Below the pieces are notes generated by a model. It was not told the origin of the DNA, made no database searches, and saw only the letters and a program-made list of their open reading frames with translations. DNA of 64,000 bases from Phoronis australis (taxonomy: Eukaryota > Animalia > Phoronida), in contig NMRA01000066.1 in NCBI GenBank assembly GCA_002633005.1, positions 568,940 to 632,939 on the forward strand. Reading direction: 5' to 3'. Both the position numbers and the translations under genes were made by a program. Position 1 is the stretch's first letter. The number at the start of each line of letters is the position of its first letter. Positions 11,501 to 23,500 of the stretch are shown one piece after another.

Positions 11501-14500
11501 ATCTCGCTTATAGGCTGAGCTTGTGGTAATAACCTTTTCAGTCACTGGAACATTGTTTACTCTAATAAAAAATTAACTGACCTCCTTGGTTCGGGTGACC
11601 TCGCCTCTTTAAGCAAATTGACCTTTCGTTGACAAGGTTCCCATGTACAACTCTGGACATTGAACTAGTGACTCACTTTTTCATCGTCGCGGCATATGTC
11701 GAACATGTGGGTCAATGAAGGGTGTCCGATACGAGAAAGAAAATACATTTTGCAGACAAATATGCTTACATCATACAAACTGCTTCCAAAATACATACAC
11801 ACATACACACACACGCACGCACACACACATACATACATACATACATACATACATACATACATACATACATACGTACATACATACATACATTCCTATTAGA
11901 TAGCATTAACGTAGTTAAAAAGACCTGAAATTTTAGAAAAATATGTTGAAATGTTGAATTGAAGTACTAGAGATGAAGGAAAGTCGTGTTTTTGTCGAGA
12001 ACAGAGCAGAGGTGTTGTTGGGAGTTACTTAACGAATCTGAAGGATCTCTGCTCACAGTCTTGACCAATGTGATGTCATCTATTACTCCTATCAACATCA
12101 AAAAGTGTAAAAAGATAGCAGTCTCGCAATGACGAACCAGCCTCCCTTTCAGTAACGATAGGACCTCGCTAAAAAGCAAGACTTCGCGAGATTACGTGAG
12201 ATATTGCCGTGCATTTTGAAATGAGAGCACGTGACTTTGACTAGGTTTTAGCTAGGTCCTAGCGTAGGTCCTAGCGTCTGCTGAACGCACGTCGGGTTTA
12301 GTGAAAGTCGAACTGAGCTCTGTTGGAGAACGCATTACTGTATTACGTAACGAGTTCAAGCTGAAACTGTCGGTTGATTATCGCCGTGTTTCCATCCGTG
12401 GATCGAAATACCGTGCTGAGAAACTATTAGAAGTTATCTTTAAAGAAGTGTTCTTAATCTTGCGCCTAATGGAGACAATTTTGCATCATCAGGTAGTGGG
12501 AGCATTAGTCGCAAGCATGAAAATGGTGAATTGTCTGCTTCGCAGCCTCGTGCTGATAGATCATATAACCGTGATTTGTAGGGGTAGGCGCCCCACACTT
12601 CTCAGTTAGTGTGTCTCACTGGAATGTGAACGGGTGGACTAGCAGAAACTGTTTCTTAAGGAAGTTAGTCATTTTTAGTTTAAACTTGATATTGTTTCCC
12701 TGAATAAAACCCATTCATGTGGTAACTATATAATGGATGGTTATGAATAGATTGGAAATATCCATCAAAACTTACATGAAACACCCACGAAAGATTCTGG
12801 CGAAGTGTGTTTATTGATTAAGCAATCCATGTTCAAAAATATGACATTGGATCTATTAAGAAATCGTTTGACGGTAATATTTTAGGCGTTAAATCTGCAG
12901 GCAAACTGTCAGGTGATAGTTTTGTAATTTGTAGTTCTTATTTTCCACTGGAAGGCTCACAATGCAGAAAACATATTGACGAGATGTTCTCTCACTTAGT
13001 CACATAAACTTACGCTTATAACGATGTCGCACACTTCTACATCTGTGGCTGCTGAAATGCAAGAATTGCAGCAAAGCTGAACTTTGAACCTAGCATTGAC
13101 CCAGTAAATCTCTGAGAAGTTTTTGAATTTCAAGTAAAAAATTGGAGATGCCTTGATTGATTTTGTTCAGGATGTAAAATTCGCTGCTCTTTATGGCAGG
13201 ATTTGCTCCGAACTCAACGACTTTACTTCGATATCGGTGCGTGGTGAAGCGGAGGTTGAATATATTTTAATTGGTCATAACAATATTTCTAACTGAACTC
13301 ATTTTTGTGTTCATAGGAAATCAGCTATGATCGATCAACTCGGATTTCAGGATTTGATCGGTCCTTAATGTAAGGTACACGATCATTCAATAATTTCATT
13401 TACATTTAATTTTCGTGATGATACAAATATGTCTGAGAATGAACCTGAAATAGACGTATCTGGTGAGCGAAGAAGTCGAGAATATGATGTTAAAAATGCC
13501 CCTGCTGTATTTGCAAATTCTGGAATATTTAACGAAGAAATTGCAAAGTTGATTGATTCGCTTCTAGTAATGCATGATCAACGAGGATTGATTGATGAAA
13601 ATTATGATACATTTATTAAATTGCTGGTCGATGAACTGGATTCACATTTAAGTAACAAGGATTATTACCTCAGTAGGAAAACAAGAAAACGTCGGCAAAA
13701 TAATAAGCCTTGCTGGAATAACACGAGACACTACCACTGGGTAAATCTTAAACATCAATTTATTCAGAATCAAGAAGATTTTGATAAAAAATAAAATTTT
13801 GCAAGCTTCAATTCCAGATTCATAATGAAGAACGATTAGAAACTCCGAATACAAATAATTCCACTGAATTTTGGCGATATGTTAATAAGCTGGGGCCCAA
13901 TAAACAAAGTGCCATACCTAGAGAAGTCCTAGAGTCTGACAATAGAGTTTGCTCGAACATAAACACTGCCTTACAAAATTGGAAAAATGTCTTTCAAACA
14001 CTATTCCAAAATTATTCAGACGATAACAGTTTTAATGAGATTGTTAGCAAAATGTTACTGACGAACGAAATAATTTAGAAAACTCGTGTAGCGGTGAGGG
14101 CAACGATACATTTCTGTCTTAAATAGTTTTATAAAATTCGAAGAGGTCAGGAAAGTAGGTATGGGTGCAAAAATGGTGGTCAGGAGCAGTTGGTATAGAT
14201 AATATTCCGTACGAGATATTGAAATTTGATAATATTAAATTATTAATGTTGGTGCAGAGAAATTATTGTCCATAGATCAAAAACGTTCATTTGATTACCC
14301 CCGAGAACGATTACACTGCAGAGGAATTAGTTTGTTGTCAAGTATTTATGAAAATTTTCAGCTCTGTGTTGAACAATACCATGGTGATTTTCTGCGTCGC
14401 CAATAATGTTATTGTGGATGAGCAAAATGGTTTCCAGAGTCAGCGCTCTTGTCTTAATCATTTATTTATAATAAGGATTAGAAAGGCTTCACGTCTTTCA

Positions 14501-17500
14501 ACTTTTACGGCATTCATCGATATGAAAAAAAAGGTTTTGACTAGACTAGTCACGAACTCATGTTTTACAAGTTGATAAAAATGGCATCTCAGGACGTATA
14601 TATTCTGCTATTAAAATGATTGACAAAGCCTTCTAAGTTGTATTCGTTTAAACGACACTTTGTCCTGATAATTGTGTCATACAAGGTGATACATTATCTC
14701 CGTCTTTATTTGCATTACATATCAATAATCTGGTATTGCCTACTTCTCGTGTAGCTCCAGTTTAAGATTACTCATCGGATTTCTGTGGGTTCAGAGAATT
14801 CCCGTCCCCTAAAACAATCCAAGTTTCTTTTTAGGTGTTAATAGATTTTGTCCGAATCACGGTTTTAGCGGAGATATGGGTAGGGAACCTCCAATAAATC
14901 GCAGAAATTAATCATAATATGCTTGTGGAATATATTAGTGAATCTGTCAGATAACAGACTTACCAAAAAGATATTTTTATGGGATCACTCCATTGGACTG
15001 CTGACGCCAAGAAAGTTTTACACAAAACACAACAAATCGATTGTTTTTACATTATGTCTACTTGAAATTTAAGCATTGTAAAGGAAAATATTTAGGAACG
15101 TTCCAAAATATTTGGTTTGAAACAATTGTTAATAAGCCATAATTCAGAACATATACCTTGATCAAACTGTCTTTTTCCGGAACCGTGTGCTGGCTTAAAT
15201 CTGTCACGATCAGAAAGATCTCTGTTAGCTCAGTTACGTTAAGAAACTTTTCATATACAAATTGAAACAGGACGGTTTACTAATATTCCTACTAAAGAAT
15301 TTGTACTTGTTATAGCCTAAACTTAATCGAAGATGAATTACATTCATTTTTGTTTTCCCATTACATAATCACCTGAGAAATAATCGTTTCTCTAAAATCG
15401 CAGCTCACAATTTTGACTATTTGAGTGACAATGAAAAGTTCAGGTTAGGTTTCATAACTCTTCTCGCCAAATTGTCAAAATTTGCGAAAGAGGTCTACTT
15501 CAGTAGAAATGAGAGGTTATACTCTACTATTTAAATATGTGTGGTAATGAAAGTGTTAAATAAACCCAAAGGGATGCAAGGTGCATACATATCATTTGAA
15601 TTGTATTGTTGTATTGTTGGAATTGTATTTGCCTCTACAATCAATAATTAACTAACAGACGTCAGACCAGGCAAAACTACGCGAGTGAAAGGCGAATGTA
15701 CGCTCGGGATATTGCTAGCTTTAAACCCTAGCAAAATGGCGGTTCGGAAGTGATTGGTCGGTGAGGTTGGAATATTGAACTATGGGACAGAATTCAACGT
15801 TTCAATTTTTCTCGCCAGAATTGATTTGCGTCTACAGCACGCATGCCCAACTGAGAATTCGTAATGCCAAAGCTCTCGAGTGGTGTTGGTTTGTACACGA
15901 TTCAAAAATACTTCCCGTCTTTGCCTTTATAAATGAGTGAAAACAAAAACTGGTCTTGAACCTTCCATTGTAAACGATAGGAGAGAGAATTCTGATTGGC
16001 CAGTTGGAAATAACGCAACCCAAGCTGGTAGAAAACAGTACTAGTCGTTTATTAATTGCAGAAGTGAATAAGTTTATTGATTAATTGTGACAGCATTTGC
16101 AAATTTGTCACGTGAAATTCCGAGTGTAAAACAAACACGACATTGTTAAAATATTTAACATTGCTAGACAAACAAAGATTCAAATCAAATCTATACCTTG
16201 GGCACCATTTTCACATCGAATACAACGAGGATGCCAATAATACGGCAGTGGTGTGATTGAGCCAATGGAATAAGAATGTACTCGTAAACTTGCAGTTGAG
16301 GGAAAACGAAGCTATATACCATGACAAGCACATAATATTAAGAAGTAAATGTATTGCTACCCTCTTTTTGCATTTTATTTTCAACAAATGGAAGAATGCG
16401 CATCATTAATACATGTACGTGTTCAGCAGGAATGTCCTGGCAATTTGACTCCGTATTGATTGTAGGTATTTTGTCCTCCTCAATGACATGGAACGGACCA
16501 ATTTTGGACAGGTTGGCTAACCCGTCGAAAACTATTTTTGACATTTTTTGCCTGCCGATGTGGCTGTCACTATGAATGATATGTTTGGGAATGGAAGAAG
16601 TTAATTTTAGTCGCTCTAGAAAGGTTTGGTATATTGTTTGAGTCTTTGAGTAACCCGTTGCATTTGCGATTATTGATATTTCTTTCTCAAACATTGTTCC
16701 TTCAGCAAAGGATAACAGATCATAAGATTTACTCTCTTGTGGAGAATTTCTTACGTAGGGATTATGTTTGTTTAATCAACATGTTGGCAGTTAGATTCTG
16801 AAAGAGAAAAGAGAGACAAAGTTACGTTGTCTACATAATTTATATTGTACGCCCACTTAGATCACAAGCAACGTTAAATGACAAAATGGCAAAGAGATTG
16901 GCCAGGAGTTGACATCTCATCATACATAGACACTTTTTCCCAGAATGCACTTTGATTCACACAAGCTTTTTCAGAAAATTTGTTGGTGCTATCAAATGTT
17001 GTCTGGCAACTAATTAGTGTCTCTCAAACATGAAGCAAGTGCGAATGAACTTGGGTCTTTGTGCACTTGTCTGATCGATTGAAAGTGTATTGATTACGTG
17101 GCTCGATTGCAATTAATTAATAATCACAGTAGAGGAAATTTAAGCACCATTACGGCGCATTTGTCAACAGTAACTGGTTTCCATTTGGCCTTGAACATGC
17201 GCCAAACCATAGTTAAAGGTATTTGTCCCTACAAAGTGCAGAAGTAGATTTTGAAAAGCAAAATTGGTTTGGATTTTTTTGTGTTGTTGTCGTTACTATT
17301 TCTTTCGTTTCAAATGATTAAACATCATGCATCATGATAGTCTTACTGGGCCGCATTGCCGCCATTTCAATGTACATTCCATTAGTTTACACATTTACCA
17401 TTTATGCGTTTAGTTTAGATTCCATTTTATCACATTTCACAACTTACAAGACTGAGATTCGCTTTTCTATTATAACGCCATTTTGGATTTTTGGACACAG

Positions 17501-20500
17501 GTAGCGTCATTGTGTATTTTTTATAGGTTTAAATCGCGTCAAAATAACGGCAGACACGTCACCACTAAAATATCTGAATAGCGCACTGTTTTTCATGTAA
17601 TGCTTGAAAGGAAAAAAGCATTTTGCCAAAAATTAACTTGTGTTTTAGCCCAATTACTTTACCAATTACGTCTTATTTCCTACACCGATTTATAAGCCAT
17701 TTTTAGGCTCAGGCACGTCGTTGCGTCAGACCTGACCCATTAATTTGTTTGTCACGCTGGTTAATTTCAACCACCAAAACAAAATATAATCGTCAGTGGA
17801 ATTCCAGGCATTTTAGTGTAACCGATTTCATATTCAAACACAGGATCAAAATTCGATGCCGTTCCTTTGTAAGAGCAAACACGCTATCATGATTGAAAAA
17901 AGTCGATGTGGTGAACAGGAGAACGTGATTTTAGCGGATATAAACCTAAATCCTCAGAAGTTAAATTTAGTTGAAGCTTAAACAGCTTTCTTGGTTTTGT
18001 TTCTACAAGGAAAACGAGACAATAAGGGTCACCTCAGCTTTGGTGGCCATTTTGAATATTCCTTGCGAGTTGCAAACTCCAGAATGGTAACCAAGGAGCT
18101 ACTGAAATCTTGAAATAATTTTCACGCCAACTGCAACCTCGGGCTTCTGTCATCTTTTGGTCATGTGTATCAAACACGACCATTCATGACCAGCAAACAG
18201 ATAACAGAAAGTCCAGCGAATGCATTTTGTCATTTTCTTTTCAGCAGGAACCAGCAAATCGTCAGAGTGCCAGGAATGCGTGAACGGAAAGTGTGAAGAG
18301 TCTGGAAAATGTATATGTGACGACTGTTGGAAAGGAGACTTGTGCACAACGCGAGGTATGATCGAACTAGCATCAATATGTTCACGATTTACCCATCACT
18401 GTCAAAATAACCAGTGCAGCAATTCCCAATTACGAGTCCGTTATTTCTTTGACAGTATGATGAACAACCACATTGATATGCACTGGGATCAAATAAATGG
18501 TTAATTTGCGTGTATAACGGATTTGCTAACTTATGAACATCACTAATTAAGTACATAACGTTTGTACGAAATGCATCAAGTTTTAAGTGAATGGCTTCAA
18601 CGGATGTCATGCTTTATATGTGAGAAAAGTGATATTTCTGATATCTGCTGGCATCTAACCTGCAACCCCCATGGTCGCACTCCGATGCTCTGCTAGCCGC
18701 GGGCCTGAATATAGCAGCGTATTCAAGTGGTAAAAACCCCGGCCTGGATTTCATCAATGTGGCAGACAACCTACAAAAATCCCCAAAACACCTTTCTTCA
18801 GCTGTAAATCGACAACATCTCTTTAATTTGAGTTCGTATTGTTTTACAGAGGCTCCAGAGTTTACCAGCAGCCGGTATGAAGTGGAGTATGTACCGCAAA
18901 CAAAGGGTTTGATCACAGTGGCCAAAGTAAAGTCAAGACCAGAATGCGGCAATGTTTCCTACTTCTTCACCACTGCTAGTAAATATCCACAGTTCGAGGT
19001 CGACTACAAATCGGGCGACATAACCTACATGCTTTCTCATTCACTCCCTTTGGAAGATGTACTCGAGGTCAAGGCTAGTTACCAAGATGGCGACGTGGCA
19101 TCTGCGAAGATTCATTTGATTCAAAAAGAATCTCTTGATGATGGCAGAATTGCTGATGTAAAATCCGAACGTCTCATCGACGGGTCAATCCCTCTGCCAA
19201 AAGGCGACAGAAATGCTCTCGATCACCTGAAACGAAAGCACAACATCAAGAAAAGAAGCATCCATCACGTGTCCAAACGCGCCATTGTAAGTCTCGCACC
19301 CGGAGGAATTTTGAAGCTTGTATGATCGTCCGGTTATCTAGCACATCTAAAAAGATTTTTAATGGCGCAACACGTTTAGGCTGCCACCGCCATCTGGGAA
19401 CAGTTGAAATATCAAGTTTTGGTGTAGAATTGGTGCCTGTGTGGGATAAATGAACGTTTAAGTGGCCATATAACAATTTGTATTGTGGGTAACTACAGTA
19501 CATCGATTTATATTGATATATGTATCTCTGTGGGTGGGAACGTTTCAAGTCAGCTGGCGGAAAGGTCGAAGCGTTTCTAGAAAATGCGATGTGACAAGAA
19601 GTTTTAAGTTACATTATTTGGCTTATGATTTTCAAATCAGTTTAATATGAACTTAAAATGTTTAATAGAATTCTTACTCACTGGTTAGCTACTTACCAAC
19701 TGAGGCACCGTTGCATTCATCCATTTTGAAATATTAGGCTTGGTCAGACTCTGAACTAGTTTGTATCATCGTGACGAGAGCTGAATGAAAGATTCAAAAT
19801 GGCAAAGCTACTCACATGTACCTCAACCCAAGTACAGTTTTCACTCGAACCTTTGAAATGCAGGAACTGACTTCATAATGAAAGAACTAAAGATTACTTA
19901 AGTATATATCTGTAGAGCTCAAACGTTCGAACGGTAGTGGACTAATAGCGTAATGGTCCAGTCTTTGCAATTTTTGGGGTTGCATTCCGAAGACGCAAAG
20001 CACTCATGAAAAACCTAGTTTGATCTCTTGTATTGCACAGCGACATCCTCTAAATTTTTTAGAGAACTTGTGCTTTTGTGAGTTTCTTGCGTCTAATTAA
20101 CGCAGCCTTGGTCACAGACTTATCAAAATAAACAAAATCCGCGTGGTTTCAGGATTCAGTGGCGGATTTGGGGTGACGCAAGGAGAACCAACATCAATTC
20201 TCACAGGAAAACTGTTAGTTCTAAAACCGGCGATGAAGTTTTAATTCGTGTCCGTAAGGGGGACTCTAAAATCCCGAAAATCAATCAAAGTGTCTATTCT
20301 GTATAAAAATGTTACACAATTTTCAGACTGGAAACGGTCTTCCCACTGAGATCACTAACACCCTGGAGAAAACCGGAAGCTTTTCGTCCACCTCAAGTGT
20401 CAAAATCGCAGATATTGTGCCCATGAAGCTGACGATTTGGATGCCAAACTTAGAAACATCCCTCAAGGTAAGCTGTTCGGTAATAGATGTCGTTTTCATA

Positions 20501-23500
20501 ATGTATAAAAACTGAAGTGTGCAAACCATATTAAGGAACAGGAAACGCACGTGCCTCGTCTGCTGCGAAAGGGCCGATTTCCGACATCATATATTCCATA
20601 CTTGTCTGTTTTCGTCCGTAAGAAAACGAATGGTAACTTAGTTGTCAAAAGTTCAGCTGCAGATAATAAACAATTCTAGAAAGAAAATTTGCTGGAAAAA
20701 TTCTTGCACAAAATAACAGATCATTGCCAGTGTCCCTTTTCAGACCAGAATCTAAATTAGAGATTGCCAATTACTTCATCGTGACGAAACCGACATTGCC
20801 ACTATGATGAACTAATGTAATTTATATTTTAAGGCGGAACTGTTCGCTGCCGTGTCCAACGACACCTCTCGGACGGTCATGTCTGTCCTGGACGATGTTA
20901 TTGTTACTATCCCCTCCACCAACTTCGCGACTTACAAGGCCTCCAACACGCCGTATATTGAATACTCATCCTACCATAACAACGGACGGGTAAGCAATGT
21001 CCTGGTGATTAACTTCTGCTAGGAGACAGTGGGGCCTGGTTGATAAGTGCCCGCTTTCTTCACTCGAGGTCGTGGGTTCGAGTCCCACCAGGTCACACTG
21101 CTAAACCCTTGAGTCAGGTTTCTAGCTCCTTAGCTCGGTTTTAACCATATTTTAATAAAGCATAAACATATTTCCAGGTGATCAGTGCAATGGGTCCACA
21201 TGCAAGGCCTGCGCACGTCTGGTACAACGTGTATCAGACCGCTTGCAATTATTCTTTATATATCATTGACTTCTGCATTGATAACGTGATTTCCAGAGTT
21301 TTCAGAATTTTGAAAAAAGTTAGTAATAGTCCATCTAGATTCGCCGAACTTAATGTATATTAAGTAAATCATGGGAAAATTGAGCATTGTAAATAATTAG
21401 GTCATTATCTGAAGATTGTTGTCCAAACTTTCGCCAATTTTCTGTGAAGAGAGATGCATTTTTAAACTGGTGAAATAACAAAATAAAATGCATCATTGAA
21501 CTCGTTTACCAATTCCACAAAATCATTTACGCTTCTCTATAAAAGTTGAAATTTGTACTGAAAATGAAGACAATTCCGAACTAAAACCAACATTTAAAAA
21601 TCTCTGTACACCCCAGATGTGAGTGTTTAAAACACAAAAAGCACAGTTTACTCAATTCACACATTCATTAAAGAACGTCGTTCTCATTTCCAGAATGACA
21701 TGGCCACGGTGAATTTTGGAACCATCAACAACGAGGCAAGCAACTCAGCAGACAAGGCGGAGAGTGAAATAACTATCACGTTCAACGTCATAATTTTGCA
21801 CAGTCAGAACTTCATTAACGGGGACTTGCTTCAGGTCACAACTGGCGTCAAATACGGGACGACTACCACGACGGTTTGGATTGCAGAAGAGGAACTCACG
21901 CCTGTTGTGGACTCATTTGTACGACAAATTTCTTTTAAAATTTTCTTTAAAAGTGGTGTTTAAAATACGACGATCGTATTTTTACATAGCTAACACAAAT
22001 TCCTAGTTTTAATTTGCTTTGTTTTTCATTCGAGTATGGCTTTTTATTACTTGTCTGTTCGCGAATTCGGATGTGTTATTCTTGTATTATCCTAACACGA
22101 TTGTGCAAACACTTTTCGCAGGACTCTGGAGTCACGCCAGTTTTCGCTTTTACTGGCGCCAGCAGCGCCATGGTTGCAACGCCGACGCAGTGGAATCTTA
22201 ATATGACCTTGGCAGATGCCGCCAACAATATCACAGTAGACGTTTTTGCGCCGGTTAACAGTACTAATCTCATGTCGGTGTGTAGTCTAAGCATTAAAAG
22301 CCTAGGTAGGTGTTGAGGAATATATAGAGCTAAACATTTGTTTTCAAAACCATATGAGCCTAGATGTATTAAAATGTACAGTGTGAATTGAGAGAAAACC
22401 ATCGAATGATTCTTCATCCAATCAGTTAAGTTTGAAGATGCCAATGTTGAATTTGACTTCGTGCCTTAAAAAGCTCTCCTTGCATACATCAAAACGAGTA
22501 AAAGTTGTGAAAAGGGGAAAATTATAAGATGTCTAAGCAAATGTTACAAAGAAGGAAAATATTTTGTGGTTGGCTAGTGTGCAAATCATAATTTGGGCCC
22601 GAGAGTAAAGTATCAGTACACCTTCCCCTTTTAACACAAATTCATAACTTTCAAATTCGTGTCTAACTGGTCAGCGTAGAGCGTGCAAATCATTGCTAAC
22701 CCAAAAGTTTCCAAAAGCATTTGCGATTGTATTAGCGTAAATCTCACTATTACTGCTAAAACGGAACATCTTTAAAATCCCACGTTTTGACAAGCATCAA
22801 CAAATATTAAATTTACACCCTCATATGCGTGCTTACAATAGTTAAAAAACTTTTTCTCCAGGCCAAAGCTTCAAGCATTACAACGAAGAAACTATCACCT
22901 CTACTTTGATTGATGGCCAGGCAAGCACCTTGTCAGCGGCCTTTGGATACATTGTTAACACAGGTAAGTTAATGTTAATGTTCTAGGTGTCCACAATTGC
23001 GATGTAAGAAGGCAAAAATCAACAATGGTTCATGTTAACAATAAGACATTAAAAGTTTATTTCCTTGTCTGAAATTTTTGAGACGCACGAAAGAATGGAA
23101 TGTTCACCGTAACTTTACAAAAACTCATCCTGATATGACTGAATTTTCCATCTGGTGGACACAAGCCTGATTGAAGTAGAGTTATGTTATCGTACTTAGA
23201 ATTTCTTTGTGCCAATCATGTGGTATATCAATGCGTGTTGCGGCCAACAGATGGCGCGCTCGTGGTAGTAAATCAAAGAACACATGAATACTTTAACAAT
23301 AGAATACGTCTATTAATTTGCAGCGTTGTGAATTACAAACAATAGATTACATCGAGTTGTGAGACTGACGACTGTTCGAATGAAACGATATATCGTTACA
23401 GGTGAAAGTATTAATCTACAGTGCCACCAGTTACCCGTAGCTACCGCACACGTTAATGTAACACAAGTCGCAACATGAACTGACCCTCTAAAACAATCAC

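Noticed and set aside
11270-11530. Possible second RT remnant (NGL..N..KTK.V)
   Set aside because: Too short and degraded to annotate without a search.
11665-11928. HTYI/MYVC repeat ORFs
   Set aside because: Translations of the (CATA)n microsatellite.
18850-19286. Calling the genes cadherins or protocadherins
   Set aside because: Only one degenerate repeat lacking the DxD/LDRE/DxNDN calcium motifs, upstream of cleavage sites, and no transmembrane or cytoplasmic domain.
21022-21095. Possible tRNA gene
   Set aside because: It has A/B boxes, but I could not form a convincing cloverleaf and it continues into a body shared with 44540-44780, so it is a SINE head.
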